In this document: positions 1-12,739 of the stretch, piece after piece
Layout of the letters: every line of letters starts with the position of its first letter
Numbering within the stretch: position 1 is the first letter of the stretch
NCBI GenBank assembly: GCA_964016885.1
Contig: OZ024746.1
Location: 83,824,001-83,888,000, forward strand
Length of the DNA stretch: 64,000 bases
From: Eledone cirrhosa
Taxonomy: Eukaryota
Direction of reading: 5' to 3'
Program-made: the position numbers and the translations under genes
The notes under the pieces: model-generated
The model's database searches: none
What the model saw: only the letters and a program-made list of their open reading frames with translations
What the model was told of the DNA's origin: nothing

Positions 1-1248
1 TTTGCATTTATATATTTTCTTGTATGCCTTGCAGTTCTTTTTAAAATATAGAAGATGGACAAATTAGATATTGTACCCCTATTATACATATGTATGAATT
101 AAGAATGTGGTGGTCGTGGATGGAAGACTCTGATCATTGATCTGCTGTGGTTTAATGGATAAGAACATTATTTCCCTGGGTTTAAGAATAAAAGTTTCTT
201 AGTTAAAATTCAGTATGGACTATATATAAACCTAGGTATAAAACACTTCTGTGGTACAATTATAACATTGTGAAAATGAAAGGAAAACTGAAAATTGAAA
301 TCATATATATATATATCATTACCATTTAACGTCCATTTTTCCATGCTGGCACTCATTGAAGTTTTGTGGTTCACCATTGATTAAAACTTGTCATCCCGTA
401 TAGTTAACCATGATATATATATTTGTATATCCAGCCATTTTCAATTCACTGCTGGATGAAGCATCAATAACTAAGCTAATTTTAGGCCTACCTGTCTACA
501 TTGACTGAATTTAAATTGGACAGGGCATGGAATTTGAGCTCAGAACATAAACAGCCAGGACAAATACTGCAAAGAATGAAAGGCAAAGTTGACCATGGCA
601 GGATTTGAACTCAAGGTTCAGAGAACAAGAACAAATACTGCAAAGCATTTAATTCAACTACATAACAACTCTAGTAGTTAGATACCATTGATCTGTATGA
701 GTTAAAACAACAATGATATAGGAACATTTATGTTACTTGCAAGGGAGAAAACTCAGATGATGTGAATGTAAAACTAAATAAGAAAAACAAACATGGCAAT
801 GATAGTTAGGATCACAGAAAATATATAAAAGTGAATGTATATCTGTTTGAATGCTCCAAGTTGTAGGCAACAGTTCTGCATCTAGATAGCTGAAATTTTG
901 CAGAGAAGGTCATACATATATGAATATTTTCAAGGAAAAGGTCATACATAAGTTGTATACCTTTTTTTTTAATTTGTTCTTTTTAGCACTGATAGAAAAT
1001 GATTTAGCAAAAAATGTTTGTTAATTCAAATGTTTATAGTATCTTTACTGTTGGACAAATTGTTGTGAACATTTTCAATATTAGAGTAAGCACTTAATTT
1101 TTTAAGTGACTCAGTCATAGTTCTGTTTCGTATTTTTCAAGAATGTCTTGCTAATGTGGTATCAAATAAAGTCAGCTTTTTGTTTGCTTAAATTCCAGAA
1201 AAAAAAACATTTAAACGAATCTGTATTTGAATAAACAACACATGTATT

Positions 1249-1279
<31 letters not shown>

Positions 1280-1483
1280 GGGGGTAAAGCGTGTATTAGG
1301 ACATTTGAATGATAATGGTAGTTAAATAAATAAATAGTTGGTTGTACACACATTTAGCTAGAGTGGAATATTACTAAATACACTAAAACATGTATCATGT
1401 AGTATAGGACATTAAGAGTTGATGATAAAAAAATGTCATTTTTTTTTAATTGTCTTTATTTGCGATACTTTCAATGATTGCAG

Positions 1484-1610
1484 TGAGGGTTGTCCAAATC
1501 TTGAATATCTCAACATATCGTGGTCAAGTCAAGTGACCAATGATGGGGTAGATGCTTTGGCCAAAGGCTGCCCAAAAATAAAATCTTTCTATTCCAAAGG
1601 ATGTCATCAG
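1484..1610 (+). CDS. FBXL20: FBXL2/FBXL20-like F-box/LRR protein, first coding exon in window (5' exons lie upstream)
   Basis: ttgcag|TGAGGG...CATCAG|gtgagt; 127 nt; EGCPNLEYLNISWSSQVTNDGVDALAKGCPKIKSFYSKGCHQ, a cysteine-containing LRR matching FBXL2/20. Confidence 0.93.
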
Positions 1611-1896
1611 GTGAGTTGGATTTCTATATTTATAGTTTACTTCTTTCTCTTTTTTTAACCACATTATTCTGTTGATTAAATTTCAAGGGGTCATGCCAAT
1701 TTTACAATATCTCAGAGAGAAGTTCCTCATGTTTTTACAAGGGTTTGAACTCAGCACTTCAAGTCAATGGAAAACTTGTTAATTATATAAATAACCATAA
1801 CTATGATGTGAAAGTAAGACTAAAGAAGAAAAAGGATACTGTTATCTCTCCAGTGAAATATGGGCAAATATTAATTATTTAATTGTATTTTAACAG

Positions 1897-1971
1897 ATTA
1901 CTAATGATGGCATAGCTCCACTGGCCATGAGCTGCAGCAACCTACTAACTCTGAATCTTAACAGCTGCTCA
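1897..1971 (+). CDS. FBXL20: FBXL2/20 coding exon
   Basis: taacag|ATT...TCA|gtaagt; 75 nt; ITNDGIAPLAMSCSNLLTLNLNSCS. Confidence 0.92.
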
Positions 1972-2878
1972 GTAAGTATTCTGGTCTTTTAGTGTCAGCA
2001 ATTATTTGTAACCTCATCATCATCATCATCATGTCTGTATTCCCATGCTCGCATAGGTTGGACAGGTTGTTCTAGTCCAAGTCAGTTCTTATTCAAAGTT
2101 TACACTGCTCTTCTAGATAGATGAAAGGACCACATTTCACTCATATAGAATAGTTTAGTATAGAAACTGTGATACAAGGGCTATAGCCTGAGGATATCCG
2201 TGCCTGCATGGAAAAGTAGATATGAAAATGGTGATGATGATGATGAAGAGAAGGAGGAAGTGTGGTGGTGAGAGTAGGGGATGGCAGTTAAGAGTCTCAT
2301 AGGGAAGAAATTGAAAGTAAGAATATGAGTGGGCTGGGGGGGAAATAGGGTGGCAGAATGGTAAGGGTTGGGGTACAGTTTAACGTCCATCTTCCACACT
2401 TGCATGGGTTGTCACATTATGAGACAAGTCAGATCTGATGACCACATCTTGCTCATATGGATTTGTATTTTGGTTTGGTTTCTATGACTTGCTGCCCTTT
2501 CTAACACCATCCACATTACAGTGTGGACTAGCACTAAAACAACCATCTAACAGGATGAACTGGGTATTTTGTTTTTGTCATGTCACCAGCATGACTACCT
2601 TACTGGGTGGACTGAGTGCTTTTTTCTTGTGTCACCAACATGACCACTATACAGGATGAACTGGGAGCCTCTTGTCATATCACCAGTGCAACTACTTTAC
2701 AGGGTGGACTGGGAACCTTTTTGTCTCATCACCAGCACAACCACCTTACAGAGTGGATTGAGTGCTACCTCTTGTCTATGTTTATTGCAATGTTATCCCA
2801 ACTTATTGTTTACTTGTATTTTTTTTTAGCGTGGTTTTATTTCTTCTTCTTTATTAATTTTTCTCTAATTACTTGCAG

Positions 2879-3009
2879 CACATAACTGATGAAGGTATTC
2901 AACAGATAAGTCAAAACTGCCATCAGTTACAAGTTCTTTGTGTGTCCAATTGCTGTCTACTCACAGATACATCATTGTTTTCACTCGCTAAGGGATGCCT
3001 TGATATGCG
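2879..3009 (+). CDS. FBXL20: FBXL2/20 coding exon
   Basis: ttgcag|CAC...ATGCG|gtaagt; 131 nt; HITDEGIQQISQNCHQLQVLCVSNCCLLTDTSLFSLAKGCLDMR. Confidence 0.93.
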
Positions 3010-4002
3010 GTAAGTGTTGGCATTTGATTTTTTTCTCTTTTATTTCAGTTATTTTTTTGTGGGGAGGGGGGGGGGGTTACAGCTGTAATTCTATGGTGGC
3101 CTGGTTTTTGTAAATGTTCACATTTAAAACTTCTTTTTATGACATTAATTACCATCTCATATTATATAATATTGATGAAATACAATTACCCAATATTCTT
3201 TTGTTTTTTATTTATATTTCTAAAGCCTATTGCTGCTTGCAGCTCTCCCTCCACCCTTTCTCCCTTATCATCTGTTTTCTATTCCCAGTTGCCATTATTC
3301 TCACTTATAATGCTAATACTATTGAGAAATGCATAAACTCATGCCTTCTCACTTCCACTTGTATAGACTTGAAGCCTTGTGCTTGCATAAGAACTCCATG
3401 TTACAACAAACCTTCAGTGTATCTTGGAAAGGGACTACTACACATTATATATTGATTTCTAACATAGTCACAAGGCTACACATTTTATATATTATATATT
3501 GATGATGGTTTCTAACATCAGCACAAGAACACCAACTTTGAAGGAGCTTATAGTCTTTTAAATAAGTCTCATTACATTACTGGTACATTATTTTAATAAC
3601 CCTAAAACGATGAAAGGCTTCATTGGCCTTGGTGGGATTTGAACTCAGAATATTAAAGGCTCTATCAAAATACTGCTTATATCATCACCGTTTAATGTCC
3701 ATCCTTCCATGCTTGCATGGGTTCGACAAGTTGTCCACACTGGGAGGCAAATCTAGCTAGGGTCGGCCATGTCGCACCTTGTTCCGGCAAGGACTGTAAA
3801 TTTGGCTGAGTATTTTACCGCTGGATGCCCTTCCTAACATTAACCACATGATCCCATACCTTTTAAACAACGTATTTCCCCCAGTTCCTCTGCTTGTTTT
3901 CATCAATTTCTTTTTAAAATGGTATTAAAAATGATTTTAGTTTTAATTGCAATGAATATTAAGAATTGTATAAAACCTTTTCCCTCCTACCTTTCCATTC
4001 AG

Positions 4003-4063
4003 GACCTTAGAGGTAGCAAGTTGCTCGCAGTTCACAGACAGTGGTTTCCAAGCTTTAGCTAGG
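4003..4063 (+). CDS. FBXL20: FBXL2/20 coding exon
   Basis: attcag|G...AGG|gtaact; 61 nt; TLEVASCSQFTDSGFQALAR; completes the phase-2 codon. Confidence 0.93.
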
Positions 4064-4242
4064 GTAACTGGTATTTTTATTTTCATTTTATATTTACTTA
4101 TTTTTGTCACACACATACACACAAAGATATGTTGTGTATATGTATGATGTTTATATATGTATGTAACATGTGTGTAATATATATATTCTATATGTTTAAT
4201 GTATGTATACATACATGACATGTAATATATAATGTACATAAT

Positions 4243-4432
4243 TGTTTCTACTTTTGGCACAAGGCCAGCAATTACCCAGTACATGACTGGTACTTTATTT
4301 TATCGACCCCGTAAGGATGAAAGGCAAAGTTAACCTCGGCGGGATTTGAACTCAGAATGGAAAGGGCCGTAACTCTATGCTGGAAAGCATGGCGTCCGAC
4401 CCTCTACCGATACTGCCAATCCACCACCCTAC
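4243..4432 (-). mobile_element. Full-length tRNA-derived SINE (family with the ctttgcctttcatcc core) with TSD
   Basis: A/B-box-like head (tggcagtatcggt..gagttcaaatccc); 14-bp TSD ATAATGTACATAAT at 4229-4242 and 4433-4446. Related copies near 520-690, 3520-3680, 11210-11330, 13322-13540, 26560-27260 (several), 28595-28810, 39160-39660, 61930-62020. Confidence 0.9.
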
Positions 4433-6359
4433 ATAATGTACATAATATGTACATTTATGCATATGTGTACAATGTTTGTATATGGTATATATAGTGTATG
4501 TGAAATGTATGGTATATGTGGTATGATATATGTGATGTATGTGTGTGTTATATATATATATAACAACATCAACATCAATTTATGTCCGCTTTTTCCCTGC
4601 TTGCAAGGGTGGGACGGGAACTGATTCTGGCTTGATTTCTACAGCTGGATGCCCTTCCTAACACCAACCTCATTTACAGTGAGTGCTGGGTGCTTTTTTG
4701 CCATGGCACCTGCACGACCACTTTGCAGTGGAATGATAGGGACTGGGGTCCCTATCATTCCACTGTAGAAATGAGATGATAGGGACTGGGGTCCCTATCA
4801 TCTCATTTCTACAGCTGAGTAAACTGGAGCAATGTAAAATAAAGTGTCTTGCTCAAGGAAACAACACATCACCCGGTCTGAGAATTGAACTCACAACCTT
4901 TCGATTGCAAGGCCAATGCTCTAACCACTAAGCCATGTGCCTCCATATATATATATATATATAATATACATTTAATTCATTCATAAATGTTTGTTTGTGT
5001 CTCTAAATAGCTATTCCATTGACTTCAGTACTACCGGATATCCTTCCCCAGCTCCTCCTTCCATCCTATTATTAATAGCCATCTCACCTTTATTTACCCC
5101 CCCCCCCCCCCTCCTCCCCATCTGACTCCTCGTCATTAATTAATGATCAATCTCACTCATTTTCCCACCCCTGATACTTCATCTTCTCCACAGACAGCAA
5201 GAACCTCTTCTCTCTCTCTCTCTCTCAAAGTCAAGGTAACTCTCTCTCTCAAAGTCAAGGTAACTCTCTCTCTCTTGGAGAGAGAGAGAGAGTTGACTTG
5301 ACCTTGTTTTTGTTTTTTCTTCTCTATTTTTCCATCCACTGATTGACTTGCCTATGTTTTTTTTTTATTTAGGTTCAAAATGTCTAGTTTCCACTTTTGT
5401 GTAACCCCCTCCTCCCGTCCCCAGACTGGATATTTCCCTATATTAAGTCATTGCTACTTTACAAACACCAGTTTTGAAAGAATATAATTATGCATGGAAC
5501 TTCTGGCTCATGCTTTACTGGTATAGCTTTAGCGCTATGATAGAATATCTATATATTTAAGTTGAAGTTGCATCTTTGATCTGCCGTTAGATAAAATTTC
5601 ACATTTCAGCTTGTTCTTTGATAAAGCGGAAACATAAGCCTTGAATATCAACAGCTCAAAGTCTCAACTTCAAATTATATATTAACTCTACTTTATGTTA
5701 TTAAGTTCTGTTTCCTCTCATTTGTAAATTCTAACATTTATTTACATACACTCATATGGATACATTGCAGTTTAATGTGGGCTGCATAAATACTTCAGTA
5801 TTTGAACATATAAATACATGTGAAATCAGCTATTCGTGTCTATACTTTGGAGAATGCTACACTTTTTTTTAATGTTCCAAAATACCTTATAGAAAAACTA
5901 GATGGGTATTGATGTGTATATATATGTATGAATATATGTATATATATATGTAAAAGGTAAAAATAAATAACAAAACAAACGGCACAGTATATGAAAGGGA
6001 TATATTAGTTTAATGCTTGAAATAGCAGGAAGAGGATCTTAATGTTTCGGATGTTAAAGAAAACAAAAAGAATGAACACAGTTTTGTTTTACAAATTTGA
6101 TTTAAATCAAGATATACAATAACATTTTTTTTTTAAAATTATATATGCATACTATATACAATTCCTTTCTTTTGAAATAGGGGTCCTAACTCTGAAATAT
6201 AAAAAAAAATGTATGTTTTTATTGTTATATATTTTTTAAATATTGTAATGGTGTAGTTAGTTTCAATTTTTTTTCTATCCTTTATTCATGGCTCTATAGT
6301 TAGTGAATGCATTTCCTAGACTTGTATCTCTGCATTGCTTTCTCTACATTTGTATCTGG

Positions 6360-6797
6360 ATCTTCAAGGAACTGTGTGGCATGGGGAGAGGAGTGTCACT
6401 GAAACTGAAGGGAAAGCTGTATGTTGCATGTGAGAAGTGCCATGATTTATGAGAGCGAAATATGGGTGATGAACGTGGAACAGCAGAGAAGGCTGGAAAG
6501 AACAGAAATGTGAATGATCCAGTGGATGAGTGGAGTATTGTTGAAAGAGAAGAAGACAAGCAACGAATTGCAGAAGATGATGGGAATAAAACCAGTGATG
6601 AATGTTGTGAAGAGAAATGGAATGAAGTGGTTGAGTTTTGTGTTGAGGATGAAAGTGACACAGACATGGCTGATGCTCCTCTGGAAAGCCAGAGGGTTGG
6701 TGTCAGAGATTACAGATGATAAGGCAAAATGGAGAAGTTTGTCATGGGACCCGCCAAGCCTAACTCCTGCTTTAGCAGGGAAAATGGCCTTAAAATA
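6360..6797 (+). mobile_element. RTE-clade LINE 3' fragment
   Basis: GVSLKLKGKLYVAC..RRLERTEM.MIQWMSGV..KWLSFVLRM. Confidence 0.8.
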
Positions 6798-6891
6798 TTT
6801 CTTGTTCCATCTTTAAAATTTCTAAATATAGCTTCAAGTTCTTCAATCAAGAATTCAATTGTTTGATTTTTCTTTTCTTTTTGTTTTTCAG

Positions 6892-6936
6892 AGTTGTCAC
6901 ATGCTGGAGCGAATGGATTTAGAAGAATGTGTTTTG
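6892..6936 (+). CDS. FBXL20: FBXL2/20 short coding exon
   Basis: long pyrimidine tract, tttcag|AGT...TTG|gtatgt; 45 nt; SCHMLERMDLEECVL. Confidence 0.93.
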
Positions 6937-7663
6937 GTATGTTGGTATATTAATTAATTTGATAATCAGTTATTATCAACAACAAAAAAAGGGGCTCTGA
7001 CTTTAGATTACTCAAAGTTGCACAAATCCTTATATCTATAAAAATAAAGTAGAAGCAACTGAATTGGCATCAATATCAGGATTGGATGGATAAAAGATAA
7101 AGTTAGTCATGTATGTGGACAAAAATAAATATTGTAAAACAAAATTTGTTGACACAATAAATTCAATAGAATTTGCAATAGTTATTGTGTTATTTCACAA
7201 TAGTCTATTGTCCTTAGCATTGTATTGGTGAAACAAATCCATAAGGTATCCCTGGGTGATAGGCTTTTCTTTCTATCCAGTTTAACCCCGCCACCTAGTC
7301 ATCAGTTGTAAGCATTTGAGACTTTAATATTCTGTGTGTATTATAATTATGCTCTTACGTAAATAAATTCAAATATAAGAACTCTTGCGTCGACATACTT
7401 GATGCAAGTGAAGTAATAAAATGCTTTGTGGCCTTGCGCTTATGTTAGAAACTGCTACTACTGCTGCAACAAAGCAGTCAAATTAGAATATGTGCATTAG
7501 CATTTCTGGTAACTTGTTGTTCTGATGAGAAAGCTAATATTATTAGGTTTATTTTTGATTTGAATGGAGAACATTTATTGGACATAACTAAAACATGTTA
7601 TTTGAATATAAAATAACCATCATTTCTTTTTTTTTTTTCTTTTTTTTTATCTTTCACCCTCAG

Positions 7664-7720
7664 ATAACAGATGCTACATTAGCAAGTTTAGCTATGAATT
7701 GTCCGCGTCTTACAGTACTG
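7664..7720 (+). CDS. FBXL20: FBXL2/20 coding exon
   Basis: cctcag|ATA...CTG|gtaagt; 57 nt; ITDATLASLAMNCPRLTVL. Confidence 0.93.
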
Positions 7721-7770
7721 GTAAGTATAACAATTTCATAGACTCCCTTGCGCTCTCTCTTATTTATATT

Positions 7771-7966
7771 CAGACCTGCCAATCTCTAAAAACCCAAATG
7801 GAGAGTACCATGGAAAAAAAATACCCCAAATTGGGGAGAAATGAGGCAAAATAGGGAGATTTTACCTAATGAAAGTTATACCCATTTTCACAAGAGAAGA
7901 CATCTCTCACCCACTCCAAAGGCTAATGCAAATCTCCCCATCAGACAGGGAGAGTTGACAGGTATC
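7771..7966. mobile_element. hAT-type MITE
   Basis: TIRs CAGACCTGCCAATCTC / GAGAGTTGACAGGTATC; 8-bp TSD TTTATATT/TTTATACT. Confidence 0.75.
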
Positions 7967-8400
7967 TTTATACTTATTTTGAGGTATTGTTTTTATGGTC
8001 GAATGCCCTTCCTGATGCCAACTCATTTGGTCACCTTTTATGACATGCAAAGATAATTTTATTTAAAAAGCAGTTGAAACAAAAATCAGAAGGGTCAGAT
8101 AATTCCCTTCACAGCTATTTCCATTCTCTGCTAAATGAAAAAAACACATTGAAACCCTCAAGGCAGTCTCTACATGGTTATTTGATGTGCTAAAAATAGC
8201 AGCCAAATATCCTTTGATTATAGCCTATCATCATAAAAAGGGTAGGATAGATTGTCTAAAAAAAAATGACATGCTGGTCACTGCTGGGATGCTTTTGGTC
8301 ATAGTTCTGCTTGTCTAAAGCTGACTTAGTTCTGAACAACAATAATAAATGTTGATATGATGATGATTTCTATATTTTTCTCTCTCCTCTCCTCTATCAG

Positions 8401-8613
8401 AGTCTTTCCCACTGTGAACTTGTCACTGATGATGGAATCCGTCATTTAGGCACAAGTGCCTGTGCTCTTGAACACCTATCTGTCTTGGAACTGGACAACT
8501 GCCCTCTTATCACGGATGCTTCCTTAGAACATTTGACTGGCTGCCAGTGCCTGCAGCGAATAGAGCTCTATGATTGTCAACTAATCACTAAACCTGGTAT
8601 TCGCAGATTGAAG
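8401..8613 (+). CDS. FBXL20: FBXL2/20 coding exon
   Basis: tatcag|AGT...AAG|gtaagt; 213 nt; SLSHCELVTDDGIRHLGTSACALEHLSVLELDNCPLITDASLEHLTGCQCLQRIELYDCQLITKPGIRRLK. Confidence 0.96.
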
Positions 8614-9002
8614 GTAAGTTTGCTGAATAATTGCCTTGTCATTGTAGTGTGAAGGTGAGTTGTGTAGCGGTTATGATGTTGGGCTCTCAATCATGATTAC
8701 AATTCCTGGACTGGGCAGCATGTTGTGTCCTTGAGCAAGACATTTTATTTCGCATTGCTTCAGCCCACTAAGCTGGCAAAAAATGAGTTGTTCCTGTAAT
8801 TCAGAAGCAGGCAGTTCCATTGATTGAATGAATTGGAGCACTCGTCGTCAGAAATGACAACATCAGCAACGACAACCACAACGATTAGTGTAGTATTTGT
8901 GTATTAATGGTAGTATTGCTTGTGGATGGTTGATCTGTGTCTAGTGTAGCAATATTGACCAGTTCACCCCTTACTAGCAAGGAAAGCAGCCATTAAATGA
9001 TG

Positions 9003-9044
<42 letters not shown>

Positions 9045-9434
9045 TATATCATCATTTAATGTCCATTTTCCATGCTAGCATGGAAAATATATATAAAGCT
9101 TTTCTCTCTAGGAGAAGGTCACTCTGATATAAAACCTGCAACTTCATTAGCACCCAATGATGTAGATCATTTCTTCTTTTTGGGTAAATGCATTTGATGT
9201 TCAGAGAGTGGAATTGGCCTTGTGCAAAGACTTTCCTCACAGAAAAAGCTTCAGGCACAGGCATCGTGCAAGGTTTTCCAAACATCCCGCACTGCACCAT
9301 CTGCTACATGTCACCATCTCAAAAAGAAACTCAATAAATTAAAAGAATCAAAATAGGAATCCTTGACAATAGATCTCAAAATAAGAATCTCTCATCTAAT
9401 ACCCCAAATTCATTGTGTATATATGCACTGGGGC

Positions 9435-9593
9435 CAGTGCCGGATTTAGGTCTAATGAGGCCCTATGCTAGTTAAGCTATGATGCCCCTTTCAACATTTG
9501 ACATTTCAAAAACATTTGAAAAATTCATCGTAAAAATTTTTGGGCAGGAAGATGCTCCCCCCCCCCCTCACCACCAGGGTAAATCCAGCACTG
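9435..9593. mobile_element. hAT-type MITE
   Basis: TIRs CAGTGCCGGATTTA / TAAATCCAGCACTG (13/14); 8-bp TSD ACTGGGGC/ACTGGGAC. Confidence 0.82.
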
Positions 9594-9847
9594 ACTGGGA
9601 CTTGTTAGGGCTAGAGTTCATTGTGGTTAGGGGCTTCCTTTTGGGCTTGTATGTGTGGGAAAAAGAGAGAGAGAGAGCTGTATTGCATGTGAAATGAATT
9701 CATTGATTATGACAAGGTATTTTCATTTTGAGGTCTATTGTTAATGAATGATACTTAAATCAACAGCAAAAAATCCTTAAATTATACTCATCTGTTGAAC
9801 TGATAACTAATATATGTATTTCTTTTTGTTTGTTTTTCTTTCTACAG

Positions 9848-9955
9848 AATCATTTGCCAGCCATCAAAGTTCATGCATATTTTGCACCAGTGACACCACC
9901 CCCTTCAGTTGGGGGAGGGCGACAAAGATATTGTCGCTGTTGTGTAATACTTTGA
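9848..9955 (+). CDS. FBXL20: FBXL2/20 last coding exon with C-terminal CAAX (CVIL)
   Basis: ctacag|AAT...TGA; NHLPAIKVHAYFAPVTPPPSVGGGRQRYCRCCVIL*; the VHAYFAPVTPP...CRCCxIL tail is diagnostic of FBXL2/FBXL20. Probably the invertebrate co-ortholog of both. Confidence 0.96.
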   Translation, partial: NHLPAIKVHAYFAPVTPPPSVGGGRQRYCRCCVIL

Positions 9956-10107
9956 CAGTTAGCTAGTAAAGCTACTGACCAACGATGTACTGTGATGAAA
10001 TCTCTACTTATATAAATATATGAATATATATGCATATAAATATATAATTATATATGCATATATATATGCATATATTCATATATATATATATGATATGTAA
10101 TATATAT

Positions 10108-10149
<42 letters not shown>

Positions 10150-12739
10150 TACACATACACACACACACATATAACATACATATATAACATACATGTATGT
10201 GTGTATCTATCTATATCTATATAAACATGTTACTTGTAGTGAGCATGAATGACTGAATGACTGAATGAAAGAATGAATGAATGAATGAATGCGTGCACAA
10301 GTGGAAGGAAGACACAAAGCTCAGTGATGCCACAGAATCTGCGTCGAGAAACCCTTCAACTGATGATGATGACGACAACTTTGTCACCAAAACAGCAAGC
10401 GCTACTACTGCAAAGGAATGCCACTAGCACAGCAACCCTGCATTTCTTCTCTACTTGGGTGAGATCTGGGTCTGTGTTTGCTGAGACCTGATGCTTGCAA
10501 AGGACAAAATGCAGAAATACAGTTGCCATTCTTAGAAGAAGAACCAAATCCCATGCCATCCCCTTTTCTCCTCCTACCTGCCATCACCCCCACCCCTCCT
10601 TCATCCTTTGCTACACATCTGCTTTTCCCTCCTCCCGTCCCAACCTACTCGCTGTCTACTTACCTTCTGATGATCCATTTGTTTTTCCGTTTCGTTTTTT
10701 TTTTTTTTTTCCGCCAGTCTGATTTTTTTTCGTTTTTTGTGGGAGTAGACAGATTACTTCAGAGGCCTGCTGCATAGTGCTGTTTACAATGGTTGTGCAT
10801 GATAATGATGATGTTTGCTTCATGACTGTTAAAATTTATATGCGGGTTGTTTACATACATGCTTAACAGTAAATTATATATTTAAAAATTTCAAACAAAC
10901 TCGTATTTCATGCATATCTGGTCTTTTTTTTTTTTTTATTCCTAGAAATTTATTCCCCCCACACTTCCATTTCTCTTCTTTTTCTCTTCTTTTTCATCTT
11001 TTGTTCTTTTTATGTTTTTTTTTTGTTTTTTTTTAATGGGTTAGAAAAGGATGCCGATAATATCTGAAAGATGTCTTTCTCTCTTTTATGACTGGACTAT
11101 TATCTAGTGATGAATGGCTGACTTGACTATATTCCAAAATAACTTCCAGATAGATGATAAATAGGCAGGCACTGGGCCTTCATATAGTGGAATTATATCA
11201 AAGGAAATGATTGGTACATTGTATCATCAGGTATGGTATTTGGAGTCGTTATTACACTCTGAGTTCAAATCCCACTGAGATCAATTTTACCTTTTATCTT
11301 TTCGAGGTCAATAAATAAAGTACTGGGGTTGATTCTCTCTTTCTCTCTGTATTTTGATCTGGAGAGGGATGGGCTCTGCCAGGTTTTCAAATGCCGAAGA
11401 AGCCTTGTGCCAGGACAGCACTTCTACGACTCCACCAGGAGTTAAGAGCCCTTTGCTGTTAACCTCTTTATGGTATTTGAGCTCAAATAAGATATATTAG
11501 ATATATAAAAGAATATGATTCCATTGTTATGACAATTTATGTTGTTTTCTCTATGACTTTGCCCTTGTGTCTAATAGTATATTATTTCTTATTAATATTG
11601 CTACTATTCAAACATTTTATAACAAGTGATGTTGTTTACCCCCTCCCAATCAGCAAATTTATGATCAAAGACATTCCAGCTTTGACTATACCATCTTCTC
11701 TTCAGGACTACATTATCCAATGTGTCTTTTTTTTTTTTTTAAGACAATAGAGTATGATCTGAGGGAGATTTGGCTGCTGTTTCTAGAAAATCAATCAACT
11801 CAGTGGAGGCTTATAATAGCAAGTGAATATAATAGATTGATAGAGAAGCAGATGTTAAAGGATGATGATGAAATAAATACTGAGGACAATGTGATTGACT
11901 AAAACCCCTGAAGGTGGTGCCTCAGAATAGCCACAGTCCAATGAGTGAAACCAGTAAATGAATATATCTAAACCATTAAATTGTTTTAAATGTTTTAAAG
12001 CCTTGTAATACTTAATATGAATTTAACTTTTTCTTCATTATAAACTGCCTTCTTTTCTTTTACATAACTACTTGACATGGATTAGATATTTTAAAATATA
12101 ATTGTAAAAAAAGGTATTTGGTTTTAATTTGCCAGGTTTTAAAAACGCTGTTTATTTTCCTTGTCTTTGTTCTAAAGTAATTTTTACATTATCATGATTG
12201 TCAGGAATCTTGTTGATCTGAGCTTGTTGGTCTTTGATCAAATATCCTGGGGATAACATTCAAACTTTAATGAGTTATTTAAAATTTTTCTGAGTATTTG
12301 GGTTTTATTTATTTTTTTTATTATTGAAAATTTAGTTAATAAAACAAGTCACTTCCATAATTTAAACATTTTTGTTTTACTAAGAGGTAACATATTCCAT
12401 AAATGTGTGACGCTTGTAAGCTATCCCTTCCATTCTTTAGTATATGTGTGAACAGAATTCTAAGTTCTTTCCTCACGTGCATACCATCTTTATTTACAGT
12501 TCAATATGCATAATTTACATAATATATATAGGTAGTGTAAGGGTAGAGCTAACACCAATCTTTGGCAGACAACTGACCATTGATCATTAATTATGTCATA
12601 ATTTACGACCCTTCGAGAAATATTTCCTTTTCTTTGTCAAACTTATATTTCTGTTGAAAGTTACCTTCAAAGTAATTTTCTCCACCCTCAAATCTGATTT
12701 TTGAAAACAAATCTGTTATCTTCTATTTGTATATATTAA

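Noticed and set aside
1263-1284. G22 run and other G/C homopolymers as functional G-quadruplexes
   Set aside because: Such runs are common across the window, their length is unreliable in assemblies, and there is no positional pattern
10285-10777. Overlapping ORFs just after the FBXL stop
   Set aside because: No splice context or homology; low-complexity; consistent with 3'UTR
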